Shown: positions 8,046 to 17,699 of the stretch, piece after piece
How the letters are laid out: each line of letters opens with the position of its first letter
Numbering within the stretch: position 1 is the stretch's first letter
From: Mycolicibacterium smegmatis
GTDB taxonomy: Bacteria; Actinomycetota; Actinomycetes; Mycobacteriales; Mycobacteriaceae
Direction of reading: 5' to 3'
Assembly: GCF_001457595.1 (NCBI RefSeq)
Contig: NZ_LN831039.1
Location: 4,200,001-4,232,000, forward strand
DNA length: 32,000 bases
Program-made: the position numbers and the translations under genes
Notes under the pieces: model-generated
Told to the model about the DNA's origin: nothing
The model's database searches: none
What the model saw: only the letters and a program-made list of their open reading frames with translations

Positions 8046-8804
8046 ATGATCGCATCGACGAAGAAGATCACCATCGTCGGAGCCACCGGCCTGATCGGAC
8101 GGCAACTGACCCCGCTGCTTCGCGAAGCCGGACATGACGTAACCGAGGCCTCCCGCGCCTCTGGCACCGACCTCGTGACCGGCGAGGGCCTCGATGTCGC
8201 ACTGACTGACGCCGACGTCGTGGTCGACGTGATCAACTCCGCGACCCCCGACGATTCTGCAGAGAAGTTCTTCAAGCAGACCTCGGCCAACCTGTCAGCC
8301 GCCGCGGCCCAGGCCGGCGTCGGCCACTACGTCGTACTGTCGATCGTCGGCGTCGACGCAATGGCGGCCAACGCCGGCTACATCCGCGGGAAGTTGGCCC
8401 AAGAGAGCGCCGCCGCCAAGTCAGGAATCCCCTGGACCGTCGTACGCGCCACTCAATTCCACGAACTGGCCGAACCGATCACCGAATCCTTGATAACCGG
8501 GGAGCAGGTACGCGCCCCCAAAGCACTCATCCAGACAATCGACTCCAAGGAAGTCACGGCGATCCTTGCCAGAATCGCGACCGGTTCGCCATTCAACGCG
8601 ATCCACAATCTCGGCGGCCCACAGAAGATGACCTTCGCCGACATGGCCCGCGCCGTTCTGGTCCATCAGAGCCGTGAACTCGAAGTCATCGATGACCCTG
8701 CGGCGACGTACCAGGGCCTGCCGGTCGACAACACCACACTCGTCACCGACGACGAAGCAGAACTCGGCACCACTCGACTATCCGACTGGCTGGCGCTCCA
8801 CTGA
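8046..8804 (+). CDS. NAD(P)-binding NmrA-like / atypical SDR family protein
   Basis: MIASTKKITIVGATGLIGRQLTPLLREAGHDV... (Rossmann GxxGxxG), 252 aa, with GAAAGG upstream of ATG 8046. The longer track ORF starting at 7737 overlaps the SDR remnant and is Pro/Ser/Arg-rich, so I treat that part as a spurious extension. Confidence 0.85.
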   Translation: MIASTKKITIVGATGLIGRQLTPLLREAGHDVTEASRASGTDLVTGEGLDVALTDADVVVDVINSATPDDSAEKFFKQTSANLSAAAAQAGVGHYVVLSIVGVDAMAANAGYIRGKLAQESAAAKSGIPWTVVRATQFHELAEPITESLITGEQVRAPKALIQTIDSKEVTAILARIATGSPFNAIHNLGGPQKMTFADMARAVLVHQSRELEVIDDPAATYQGLPVDNTTLVTDDEAELGTTRLSDWLALH

Positions 8805-9123
8805 CCGGGCACCCCACCTTCACCATCCCGCCGGGGTCGCCAGAAGCTCAACGCAAGCCGGCTTTCCCTTGCCGTTCGCAGATTGTCACTTCGACGGTGA
8901 CCGACGAGTCACTACGGTGTCGAAAGACATACGGATGACAGTCCGCTTGAGAAAACAACACTCAATTTGAGAGTCGACAAGCTGCATCCTCCGATGTCAG
9001 TCGACTATCGGGCCCAATATGCCCTCTAAACCTGACGAATCCCAATTTCGTGTCACAAGTCGAACAACCGGTCTTTGATGGACCGCAACGCCGGGATTTT
9101 CGGCTTGAGCTTGCAGTGGAGGC

Positions 9124-9154
9124 TTGACAGCACCCGTGTAGACGCCCTTATGAT
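9124..9154 (+). promoter_or_regulatory. Candidate sigma-70-type promoter for the gntR operon
   Basis: TTGACA at 9124-9129 and TATGAT at 9149-9154, with a rather long 19-bp spacer. It sits just upstream of the TGTTAACA palindrome and the gntR start. Confidence 0.3.
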
Positions 9155-9169
9155 CTGGACAACAGTTAA

Positions 9170-9856
9170 TTGTTAACACTGGGGGTGGATGTGGCAGCCG
9201 GCGCTCTTCGGGCGGCTCAGCGTCTCAGGTTGAAGGACGACGTACTGGCGGTCTTGCGTGACGCCATCATCGCCGGCAAGTTCGCCCCCGGGGAGCGTCT
9301 GAACGAGAAAGACCTTGCCGAGCAGTTGGGCACCAGTCGGGGTCCCATTCGAGATTCGTTGGCCGCGTTGGCACATGAGGGTTTGGTGGTCCATGAACCG
9401 CACAAGGGCGCTCGTGTCCCACTGCTCGACAAGGCGGACATCGAGGACGTCTACACCTTGAGGGTGGCCTTGGAAACCCTGGCTGCTCGCACGGCCGTCG
9501 AACGTGCCCGGGCCGCTGACTTCGACGCACTCGACCATGCCCTATCCGACCTTGCAAAGGCCTTCGAGAAGGGAGATCGGCGAGGTATCACCGACGCGGA
9601 TCTCCGATTTCACGATGCGTTTTATCAAGCGGCCCACCATGATCGACTCAGCGTGGCGTGGCGCACGGTGCGGTCGCAGGTGGCATTGTGCCTGTTCTCT
9701 CGCAACACGGTGTCGGCGACAAGTCGCGAGATCGTCGTCGACGAGCACGTGCACCTCCTCGACCTACTGCGAACCCGAAGCGAGTCAGCACTGGTCGACG
9801 CCGTTCGGGCGCACATCGAAACTGCTTATCAGCGCCTCGTGGCGTCATACGACTGA
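9170..9856 (+). CDS. GntR-family transcriptional regulator (FadR/FCD-type C-terminal domain)
   Basis: The winged HTH reads LNEKDLAEQLGTSRGPIRDSLAALAHEGLVVHEPHKGARV, followed by a helical FCD-like domain (DVYTLRVALETLAARTA...FHDAFYQAAHH...). The start is uncertain: TTG 9170, or GTG 9185/9191 after GGGGG. Confidence 0.9.
   Translation: MLTLGVDVAAGALRAAQRLRLKDDVLAVLRDAIIAGKFAPGERLNEKDLAEQLGTSRGPIRDSLAALAHEGLVVHEPHKGARVPLLDKADIEDVYTLRVALETLAARTAVERARAADFDALDHALSDLAKAFEKGDRRGITDADLRFHDAFYQAAHHDRLSVAWRTVRSQVALCLFSRNTVSATSREIVVDEHVHLLDLLRTRSESALVDAVRAHIETAYQRLVASYD
9171..9178. promoter_or_regulatory. Candidate GntR operator (palindrome TGTTAACA) at the gntR start
   Basis: A perfect palindrome that fits the GntR GT-N-AC operator pattern. 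The same 8-mer recurs at 9916-9923. Confidence 0.4.
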
Positions 9857-9914
9857 CCCTCTCGCAGTCCCGTGGTAAGGCGCCCGACTCGATCGTGATC
9901 CCTTTATCGAAAGG

Positions 9915-9924
9915 TTGTTAACAA
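9915..9924. promoter_or_regulatory. Candidate GntR operator (palindrome TTGTTAACAA) at the transporter start
   Basis: A perfect 10-bp palindrome between the GAAAGG Shine-Dalgarno sequence and ATG 9924 of the MHS transporter gene. Confidence 0.4.
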
Positions 9925-11243
9925 TGAACCGTATGCAATCATCGCGGAAGGCCGGGTTGGCGAGCCTGGTCGGCACCACCATCGAGTGGTACGACTTCCA
10001 GATCTACGGGCTGAGTGCGGCAGTGGTGTTCAGCACTGTGTTCTTTCCCGAGGTCAGCACCCTTGCCGGCACGTTGGCATCGTTCGCGGTGTTCGCGCTG
10101 GGATTCCTCGCTCGCCCTCTGGGCGGAATCATCTTCGGCCACTTCGGTGACCGCGCAGGACGTAAGCAGATCCTTCTGATCACCCTGTTGTTGATGGGTA
10201 TCAGTACCTTTGCGGTGGGCGTGATCCCGTCATACGAGACCATCGGGGCCTGGGCTCCCATACTCTTGGTGGCGATGCGGTTGCTGGGAGGGATCGCACT
10301 CGGCGGCGAGTGGGGCGGCGCTGTCCTGCTGAGTGTCGAACACGCACCACCGGGTAAGCGCGGATTCTACGGTGCGCTACCACAGGTCGGGTCACCCGCC
10401 GGTTTCCTCCTCGCCACCACGGTTTTCGCGATCGTCACCGCCGCCACCGGCGATGCGTTCGAAACGTGGGGTTGGCGAATCCCGTTCCTGCTCAGTGGAG
10501 TTCTCGTCGCAGTGGGTCTCTTCATCCGACTCGCGGTGCCGGAAACCCCGGTGTTCGCCGAGATACGCGAGAAGGTTCAGCACACTGCATCGGCGCCGTT
10601 GATCGAGGTACTGCGCAACCATCCGAAAACGGTGATGCTCGGCATCGGGGCATTCGCGGTCTCCAGTGGCGGGTATTACGTATACGCCACCTACATGGTG
10701 GCCTACGGCAAGAACGATCTCGGAATCTCGGCCACCACGATGCTCATCGGCGGCATCGTCTTCGCGTGCTGTGCGATCGTCGGTAACTTGACCTCGGCGT
10801 CGGTGTCCGACCGAATCGGTCGGCGACCCGTCTTCCTCACGATGGCGCTGTTCACGATTCTCTACGCGTTCCCCCTGTTCTGGCTGGTGGAGACCGAGGT
10901 GGCGGTACTCATCTGGATCGCCCAGGGGATCGGGGGGTTTGCCAACGGTTCGCTGTACGGGCTGATGGGATCGCTGAGCGCGGAAATGTTCGAGCCGCAT
11001 ATTCGGTACACCGGAGCCTCACTCGGACAACAGGTGTCGGCAGGACTGGTCGGTGGGACGACCCCGATGATCGTGACGGCGATGGTTGCCTCAGCGGGAC
11101 ATTCATGGCCCGCGCCGGCGTGGTTGGCGCTGCTGGCGGCGGTGAGTCTCCTGTGCGTCCTCGTGCTTCCTGAGACGTACAACAAGCCGATCGTCGCCGT
11201 CGAGAAGGGCGACGCGACATCGTCGGAAGCTGCCCGTACGTGA
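9924..11243 (+). CDS. MFS transporter, metabolite:H+ symporter (MHS) family
   Basis: GTTIEWYDFQIYGLSAAVVF..., GHFGDRAGRKQILLITL (motif A) and GGEWGGAVLLSVEHAPPGKRGFYG are typical of ProP/KgtP/ShiA-type MHS carriers. About 12 hydrophobic spans. ATG 9924 is preferred over track TTG 9915. Confidence 0.9.
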   Translation: MNRMQSSRKAGLASLVGTTIEWYDFQIYGLSAAVVFSTVFFPEVSTLAGTLASFAVFALGFLARPLGGIIFGHFGDRAGRKQILLITLLLMGISTFAVGVIPSYETIGAWAPILLVAMRLLGGIALGGEWGGAVLLSVEHAPPGKRGFYGALPQVGSPAGFLLATTVFAIVTAATGDAFETWGWRIPFLLSGVLVAVGLFIRLAVPETPVFAEIREKVQHTASAPLIEVLRNHPKTVMLGIGAFAVSSGGYYVYATYMVAYGKNDLGISATTMLIGGIVFACCAIVGNLTSASVSDRIGRRPVFLTMALFTILYAFPLFWLVETEVAVLIWIAQGIGGFANGSLYGLMGSLSAEMFEPHIRYTGASLGQQVSAGLVGGTTPMIVTAMVASAGHSWPAPAWLALLAAVSLLCVLVLPETYNKPIVAVEKGDATSSEAART

Positions 11244-11302
11244 AGGCTTTGCCACACCAAACGAAACACACCCGTCAACAACACTATTGAGAGGTAATTC
11301 AG

Positions 11303-11992
11303 GTGGTCTTCATCCTTGATCCGAAACCCGACCTGCTGACGTTCGACTGTTATGGGACGCTCATCGACTGGGATTCCGCGTTGCGCGTATATATGGCCGA
11401 TCTGCTCAGACGGAAGAACTTGTCTGTTGAGCCCGACCAGTTCTACCACCGGTGGTACTACAGCCACGCGTTGCGACTGCTGCAGGGCCCGTTCCTGATC
11501 TACCGTGAACTGCTCAAGCAGAGCATTCAGGCCGCGCTGCATGAGTACGGCGCCGACGTGGACCATTCAGACGGCGCCGATTGCGGCGACGCAATGGCGG
11601 AAGCCGAACCCTTTCCCGACACCGTCGACGTACTGCGTCAACTCGCGAAGACGTACCGCCTTGCGATCATCAGCAACAGCCAGGACGACATCGTCTGCCG
11701 CGCTGTCGACCGCATGCACAACCTGTTCAGCGTGGTCATCACGGCCGAGACAACCCGTGCCTACAAACCGGATTCGGCGTTGTTCGAACTCGTCCTGGAA
11801 AGGGCCGCAGTGCCGGTCGAACGAACGGTGCACATCGCGCAGTCACAGTACGTCGATCTCCCGCGCAGCGTCCCGATGGGTTTCCGCACGATTTGGATCA
11901 ACCGAAACTCGCAAACCCTCAACGACGGCACGCCGGCGCCCGACGAGATCCTGCCCGATCTCCGGGGCCTGCCTGCGCTGCTGAACGCCTGA
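11303..11992 (+). CDS. HAD-superfamily hydrolase, type II (2-haloacid dehalogenase-like)
   Basis: LLTFDCYGTLIDW (nucleophile Asp motif), ISNSQDD, RAYKPD and a C-terminal GFRTIWINR parallel L-2-haloacid dehalogenase motifs (FDxYGTL, SN, YKP, WINR). GTG start with GAGG upstream. Confidence 0.8.
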   Translation: MVFILDPKPDLLTFDCYGTLIDWDSALRVYMADLLRRKNLSVEPDQFYHRWYYSHALRLLQGPFLIYRELLKQSIQAALHEYGADVDHSDGADCGDAMAEAEPFPDTVDVLRQLAKTYRLAIISNSQDDIVCRAVDRMHNLFSVVITAETTRAYKPDSALFELVLERAAVPVERTVHIAQSQYVDLPRSVPMGFRTIWINRNSQTLNDGTPAPDEILPDLRGLPALLNA

Positions 11993-12026
11993 CACCCGAA
12001 CCACGTTCATCACACAAGGAGACCAC

Positions 12027-13235
12027 ATGCACTCGGCCAGTACAGAGGCCACGAATCCACTCGACGACCTGGACATCAGTTCCTCGCCGGGACAGGAAAA
12101 GTCGCTTGCCACCGCGACAGCGCGTCCAGTCGGCGATGGAACTGACTTCTCGCACGGTGACGTGGGCGCCTTCCTCCCGGCCCCGGGAGCATTCGATCTG
12201 TACCGAGAAGCCTTCGCCGACGGGCGACGCTACGCCTACTCGCCTTATCGCGGTCATGACGACGTGCGCGAACACGTCGCCCACCATGTCGGTGAGTTCA
12301 CCGGGCGCCCAGTGGACCCATCACGCGAAATCATCGTCACACCCGGAACCCAAGGTGCGCTTTTCGTAGCACTGTCGTCGTTGGTGGAACCCGGCGATAA
12401 GGTGGCTGTCGTCGTTCCGGATTACTTCGCCAACAGCCGCATCGTCACCTATCTGAGAGCCCAGACCGTCCCCGTGACGCTGGATTATCAGGACCCGTCA
12501 CGCGCCGCCGAGCTCGACCTCGTCAAGCTGGCCTACGCCTTCGCGTCCGGTTGCAAACTGCTCGTTCTGTCGAACCCCAACAATCCCACGGGCGTTGTCT
12601 ACACCTCCGACCAGATTCACCAGATCGCGGCGCTGGCAGAAAGATACGGCGCATTCATCGTGGTGGATCAGTTGTACTCCCGGCTCGTGTACCCGGGCAC
12701 TTCATTCACCCACCTTCGCACGACCGCAATTGCCGACGAACACTGTCTCACCCTGCTGGGCCCCTCGAAAACGGAGTCACTCAGCGGGTTTCGGGTGGGG
12801 GTGGCTGTCGGCGCGCCCCATGTCATCGACAGGATGGAAAAGTTGCAGGCGTTGGCATCATTGCGTGCCCCGGGGTACAGCCAGACGGTCCTCCGCTGCT
12901 GGTTCGCCGAACCGCCCGGCTGGCTCGAGCACCGCATCAAGGAGCATCAGAACATCCGTGACGACCTTCATGCACGGTTCGAGGCAACCAATGGCGTCTC
13001 GATCCGCCGCACCGAGGGCGGCAGCTATATATTCCCGCAACTACCGGCCTTGCGTGTGCCACCAGCCGAATTCCGGAACATACTGCGCTCCGACCACGGA
13101 ATCACCGTCACCCCAGGCAGCGAGTTCGGCCCCGGTCACGACCGCAGTATCCGGTTGAACTTCTCCCAACAACGCGACAACGCGCTGGCGGCGGCATCGG
13201 TCATCTGCGATCTGGCAACGGAATTGTCGGAATGA
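12027..13235 (+). CDS. PLP-dependent aminotransferase, class I/II
   Basis: LVLSNPNNPTGVVYT and GPSKTESLSGFRVGVAVG (PLP-lysine motif), with an AAGGAG Shine-Dalgarno sequence before ATG 12027. Confidence 0.9.
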   Translation: MHSASTEATNPLDDLDISSSPGQEKSLATATARPVGDGTDFSHGDVGAFLPAPGAFDLYREAFADGRRYAYSPYRGHDDVREHVAHHVGEFTGRPVDPSREIIVTPGTQGALFVALSSLVEPGDKVAVVVPDYFANSRIVTYLRAQTVPVTLDYQDPSRAAELDLVKLAYAFASGCKLLVLSNPNNPTGVVYTSDQIHQIAALAERYGAFIVVDQLYSRLVYPGTSFTHLRTTAIADEHCLTLLGPSKTESLSGFRVGVAVGAPHVIDRMEKLQALASLRAPGYSQTVLRCWFAEPPGWLEHRIKEHQNIRDDLHARFEATNGVSIRRTEGGSYIFPQLPALRVPPAEFRNILRSDHGITVTPGSEFGPGHDRSIRLNFSQQRDNALAAASVICDLATELSE

Positions 13236-13684
13236 ATGAAACAAGGACGAGTCCAGTGCCGCAGGGTGACTACCGGTCTGCCGTTCGACATGAAACGGTG
13301 ATCTACACGGCCGGGATGACACCGCGGGACAACGGCGAATTGATCGACATCGGTGTCGTCGGTGCCAACATCGACGTCGACCGGGCTCGCAGCGCGGCGC
13401 GACATGCTGCCACGAACGCTGCCTTCGCCGCAGAATCGGGCCTCTTGCCAGGTGAGGCGATCGCCCAGGTGCTCCGAATGACCGTATTCGTCGCGTCGGT
13501 CCCCACCTTCACCGAGCACTCGCGTGTCGCCGACGCGGCGTCTGAGGTGCTTCGAGGACGCTACGGCGACGAAGCGCTGGGGGCACGCACGGCGGTCGGG
13601 GTCGCCTGTCTTCCCGGAGGCGCGCCGGTCGAGATCGAACTCACCGTTGGGATCGGCGTGGCGGATCGGCGCGCATCGACCTGA
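13232..13684 (+). CDS. RidA/YjgF/L-PSP family protein (enamine/imine deaminase-like)
   Basis: 150 aa: ...VIYTAGMTP...MTVFVASVPTFTEH...ARTAVGVACLPGGAPVEIELTV. The start overlaps the upstream stop (ATGA at 13232-13235). Confidence 0.8.
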   Translation: MNETRTSPVPQGDYRSAVRHETVIYTAGMTPRDNGELIDIGVVGANIDVDRARSAARHAATNAAFAAESGLLPGEAIAQVLRMTVFVASVPTFTEHSRVADAASEVLRGRYGDEALGARTAVGVACLPGGAPVEIELTVGIGVADRRAST

Positions 13685-14967
13685 TGAGTCAGTCCACGAG
13701 ATCCATCGAGCAGACTTTGGCAAGGGCCTCTGCGAACCGTTTCAACGCCTGGACCACCATCGATCATGAGGCTGTGGCGCGGTACGAGAGAGCGCGGGGC
13801 GCGAGCGCTGAACGGGCGCGCATCCTTGAGGGAATACCTTGCGGCGTCAAGGACAACATCGACGTCGCGGGATTGCCCACGGCGGATGGATCGGCCTATC
13901 CGGCGGTGGTGCCGACGCGCGATGCTCAAGTGGTCCTTGCTCTGCGCGCAGCCGGGGCAGTCATCGTCGGCAAGAACGCGATGCATGAAATCGCCTACGG
14001 GGCCACCGGAATGGTATCGGCCACTGCGCCGGTGGTGAACCCGCGCAGTGCCGAGCATATGCCGGGCGGGTCTAGTAGTGGATCTGCCGCCGCAGTAGCG
14101 GCGGGCGATGTGCCCTTCGCTATCGGGACCGACACCGGAGGATCCGTCCGGGTACCCGCGGCGTTGTGCGGCGTCGTCGGACTACGACCCACGACTGGCC
14201 GGCTGCAATCCTCCGGGGTCCAGCCGTTGTCGCCGACGCTCGACACCGTCGGAGTCCTCGCTGCGTCCGTGGGCATCGCTCGCGCCGTCTGGCATGCCAT
14301 CAGCGGTACGCCATACAGATCGCCGGAGACCGACGATGCTGCCCTCACGATCGGTGTGGTCGCTGACGATTACTTTGTTCCCGAGAGTACGGCCATCACT
14401 GAGGCAGTGAGCAATGCGTCCGCTTCGCTTGAACAGCACGGCGCCAAAGTCAGGCCCGTTCGGCTGGGCTGGCCTGAGGCTGCGGTCCCCGTCTACGCGC
14501 ATATCGTCGGGTGCGAGGCAGCGTTGACCCACCGGAAGCGGTTGTCCGAAAATCCGCCCTTGTTCCAATCCGAGACTCGCCGCCGATTGGCGGCAGGAGC
14601 GCGAACAACCCCTCATATGTACGTTGAGGCCCTTCGGCACCGGGCTCGGATCGCTTATGACCTGCTCCGTGTGTTCGACCATTGCGATGTGTTGATCAGC
14701 CCCACCACTGCGATCCTCGGACCCCGTCGTGATCGGAAAACCGCAGAAGTGGGAGGGCAGTCTGTCGATGTGGGTCGGGCGCTCGTCGCGTACACCACGC
14801 CGTGGAGTCTGACAGGTGCTCCGGCCCTGGCTGTTCCAGTCGGGGCCGATCAGCACGGCCGACCCTTGTCGGTCCAACTCGTCGGTAAGCCCGGTTGTGA
14901 AACCCGCGTACTCGAGGCGGGGTCCATCGTCGAGGCACAACACAGATCCGCCGCGGGATTGCGGTAG
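13684..14967 (+). CDS. Amidase-signature family amidase
   Basis: [17 protein letters not shown] and [43 protein letters not shown] (amidase signature with the Ser-cisSer-Lys region). The start overlaps the RidA stop (TGATG). Confidence 0.92.
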   Translation: MSQSTRSIEQTLARASANRFNAWTTIDHEAVARYERARGASAERARILEGIPCGVKDNIDVAGLPTADGSAYPAVVPTRDAQVVLALRAAGAVIVGKNAMHEIAYGATGMVSATAPVVNPRSAEHMPGGSSSGSAAAVAAGDVPFAIGTDTGGSVRVPAALCGVVGLRPTTGRLQSSGVQPLSPTLDTVGVLAASVGIARAVWHAISGTPYRSPETDDAALTIGVVADDYFVPESTAITEAVSNASASLEQHGAKVRPVRLGWPEAAVPVYAHIVGCEAALTHRKRLSENPPLFQSETRRRLAAGARTTPHMYVEALRHRARIAYDLLRVFDHCDVLISPTTAILGPRRDRKTAEVGGQSVDVGRALVAYTTPWSLTGAPALAVPVGADQHGRPLSVQLVGKPGCETRVLEAGSIVEAQHRSAAGLR

Positions 14968-15254
14968 CACGAGCGACAACCATCGAACTGCTGCCCGCGG
15001 GTCGGTTCCCTGCCGGGATGGCTGTTTCGTCGTCTGCAGTTTCTCACACAGCTTCTCAACAAACCGGTGGGTAAACGCACGGTGTCGGAAGCAGGCTTGG
15101 ATACCGAAAAGAATGTCGGCCTGCTGCGACAGCGATAAGGCGATCCGCGCCCTGACGAAGTTCAACGAGGCGGCAGCGCAGGCGAGGTCGGATTGTGTTC
15201 GTAGGATCCGCCTCTACGTTTGGATCAGACACCCCGAAAGCTCAGGGCTGACAG

Positions 15255-16248
15255 TCAGATGTGCAGAAGGTTCTGGGCATTCCGATGTGCGATGGATGCG
15301 CGTTGATCCTCGCTCAATTCTGCCGATTCGAGAAACTCCGACACACTCTCACTTTCGACGTAGGGGTAATCCTCAGAGTAGATGATCCGCTCGTGGCCGA
15401 GTTCGGCGAGGATGAACTTCAACCGATTCTGGTTGAACATGCCCGACGGCGTAATCCACACATGGTCGCGATAGTACTGGCTGATAGGACGGTCGAGGTG
15501 GTGGCACCAAGCGAATACCTCATCGAGCCGATCGAGCCAACCCGCGACAAATTCGCCCCAATGACCGCTCAGCATTTTCAGATTCGGATGGCGATCAAGC
15601 GCACCGGATAGAATCATCCGAATCGTGTGGATCCCTGCCTCGGCATGCCAACCGAAGCCGGGACCCGCGAACACCCATTGCACTGCGCCGGGCCAGTTGC
15701 CCGCGTAGTAGGCGTTGGACACCGACGCAGGCGGTAGTCCCGGATGAAGGTATATGGGTCGGTCAACTTCTTCAGCTGCAGACAGCACCGGCTCGTATCG
15801 ATCGTCATCAAGGAACGTTCCAGCACACGTACCCATCACTAGCGTGCCCACAAAGCCCAATTCATTCACGCAACGCCTCATTTCGTCAGCAGCTGCGTGT
15901 GGATCATGCAAGGGGATGGTCGCAAACCCGCGAAATCGCGTAGGATGCTCTGAAATATCTTGTGCTAGCGCATCGTTCGCAGTGCGACATAGTTCAGTCG
16001 CCTCATGGTGGTTCAGGCTGCCGGGATTGTTCGCACCATGTGACACCACCTGAACGTCGATGCCGACTCGGTCCATATGCGTCAAACGCCTTCCACCCAA
16101 CCGCTCCGAGGAGTCGCGATCTGGCATGAAGTGCTGTAAAAGAGCTTCATAACTATCGTCCATCGCGATCGGCGGTGGGCCTCCAAGCTGTTGTACTCGC
16201 GCCATCGCGCCAGGGTGATGAAAGTGTTCTTCGACAGTGATGATCTTC
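15255..16248 (-). CDS. Amidohydrolase-2 family protein (ACMSD-like metal-dependent hydrolase/decarboxylase)
   Basis: MKIITVEEHFHHPG... at the N-terminus and ...IIYSEDYPYVESE...IAHRNAQNLLHI at the C-terminus are typical of PF04909-type proteins. ATG 16248 is preferred over the longer track ORF. Confidence 0.85.
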
Positions 16249-16326
16249 ATCAGTTTCCTAAGTACTCGATGTGCCGGCCCTGGGGGCCGGCACCGGTCGT
16301 TCGTCCTAATGCGCCGCAACTGCATA

Positions 16327-16350
16327 TCTTGTCGACCCGGATCGACAAGA
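16327..16350. promoter_or_regulatory. Inverted repeat TCTTGTCGA-N6-TCGACAAGA upstream of the amidohydrolase gene
   Basis: Perfect 9-bp arms with a 6-nt spacer, 79 bp upstream of ATG 16248 on the minus strand. It is a candidate operator and the binding protein is unknown. Confidence 0.3.
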
Positions 16351-16660
16351 GAAATGGCCGAGAGCGCGGTGTCTGGCCGGCTCTTGCCTAGCCCCTGCCT
16401 TCAACTGGGTTGCAACCGTCGAAATGTTCACCATCGTTGGGCAGGCCAAGTGGTCGAGGTGTGCTTACATCGCAACGATGAATAGCAGATGACGATGTTG
16501 TTGCGACGCCTCGGCAGCGATGCTCGGGCTGATCGTCTCGAGCTGCCTCCCCGGGTAGAGTCATTCGCACTCTTGCCTTTTCGAATTGTGTTCGCTCGAT
16601 ACATGTTCAACTCGTAAGGCCCATCAAGACTATCCGTAATACGAACGGAGCCATTCAGAT

Positions 16661-17605
16661 TCACGAGAAGTCGAGGACGATGCGCCCGCGCAGACCGCCG
16701 GCCTCGAGCATGCGGTGTGCCTTCGGGGCCTGCTCGGCGGGCAGTACGTCGGCCACGCGAAGTGTCAGCACGCCCATCTCAGCCTGACGGCTCAACGTCG
16801 TGAGCCCCTCGGTATCGGTGATGCGATCAGGCACCATCACCGGAACCACCCGGACACCACGCTCCCCCGGCCCCTCCCACCCGCGCAACTCGACCAGCAT
16901 GCCACCATCAGCGATCGCACCGAGCACCTCACCCTGCTGATCAGAGCCATCAACCAGGCCCGGCACCCCACCCGGAACCAACCCACGGATCCGCGCCGCG
17001 ACCTCGGCACCACGCTCGACAACGTGATCAGCGCCGAAACCGCGGACCAGCTCCACATCACGCTCGACCGCATCGGCAATCACCCGCAACCCATCAGCCT
17101 TCGCCAACTCGACCGCAAAGCCACCGACCGCACCCGCCGCACCAGTCACCGCCACCGTCTCCCCCGCACGCAGCCCCAGCGTATCCAGCGCCAGACGCGC
17201 GGTCATCGCATTCATCAGCAGAGTCGACGCCGCAGCGAAATCAGCGTTCGCCGGCGCGGGCACCACCGAGGCCGCGGGCACCACAACCTGCTCGGCATAC
17301 GCCCCACCGTGTTCACCGACGAACATCACCATCGCGATCACCCGCTGCCCCACATGAAGGCGACCATCACAGCCCGGCCCGATCTGATCGATGACACCCG
17401 CAGCGTCCATCCCGGGCACAAACGGCGGACGCCGGCCCGCCATACGCACAGCATGACCACCGGTCCGCAACAAGACATCGGTCGGACTCACCGCCGCGGC
17501 ATACACCCGGATACGCACCTCCCCCGGGCCCGCCTGCGGCTCAGGCAAGTCGATCACCTCAAGTGCGTCCGGACCACCGAATTCATATACACCAACGGCT
17601 TTCAC
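16661..17605 (-). CDS. NADPH:quinone reductase-like zinc-independent MDR oxidoreductase
   Basis: VKAVGVYEFGGPDALEVIDLPEPQAGPGEVRIRVYAAAVSPTDV and VTGAAGAVGGFAVELAK (Rossmann). The start is GTG 17605 or ATG 17635, and the track start at 17662 is probably too long. Confidence 0.88.
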   Translation of the reverse strand: MKAVGVYEFGGPDALEVIDLPEPQAGPGEVRIRVYAAAVSPTDVLLRTGGHAVRMAGRRPPFVPGMDAAGVIDQIGPGCDGRLHVGQRVIAMVMFVGEHGGAYAEQVVVPAASVVPAPANADFAAASTLLMNAMTARLALDTLGLRAGETVAVTGAAGAVGGFAVELAKADGLRVIADAVERDVELVRGFGADHVVERGAEVAARIRGLVPGGVPGLVDGSDQQGEVLGAIADGGMLVELRGWEGPGERGVRVVPVMVPDRITDTEGLTTLSRQAEMGVLTLRVADVLPAEQAPKAHRMLEAGGLRGRIVLDFS

Positions 17606-17699
17606 GCCTTTGAACAACCCGAGGCGCCAGCTCATTATTCCTCGCAGGCTGTTGCGGATCATTCGGTCCAGAAATCACAGCTGCAGTGCCACAGCCGGA

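Noticed and set aside
7373-8290. Long ORFs antisense to well-supported genes: 7373..8290(-), 14182..15165(-), 16715..17806(+), 17813..18817(+, beyond the remnant), 18959..19888(+), 10392..11000(-), 10862..11566(-), 1998..2579(+), 5544..6227(+), 30386..30979(+).
   Set aside because: Each lies opposite a gene with clear family motifs. Their translations are Arg/Pro/Gly/His-rich low-complexity strings with no motifs. Such shadow ORFs are expected in GC-rich DNA.
9038-9057. Dispersed 20-mer AATCCCAAT(T/C)TCGTGTCA(C/T)A at 9038-9057 and 23379-23398 (18/20 identical), with a looser third copy at 23353-23371 (AATCCCAGCAAGTGTCATA).
   Set aside because: My rough estimate is that about one 18/20 match is expected by chance among all position pairs in 32 kb. 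No flanking similarity extends the match. I kept it as a note only; a genome-wide motif count would settle it.
14968-15165. Minus-strand stretch RRILRTQSDLACAAASLNFVRARIALSLSQQADILFGIQACFRHRAFTHRFVEKLCEKL, which vaguely resembles the second HTH of AraC-family regulators. There is also a bulged hairpin at 15184-15214 in the convergent spacer.
   Set aside because: The resemblance is weak and there is no start codon context. The ORF only continues by running antisense into the amidase gene. The hairpin has no U-tract. It may be a gene remnant, but I cannot support that from sequence alone.
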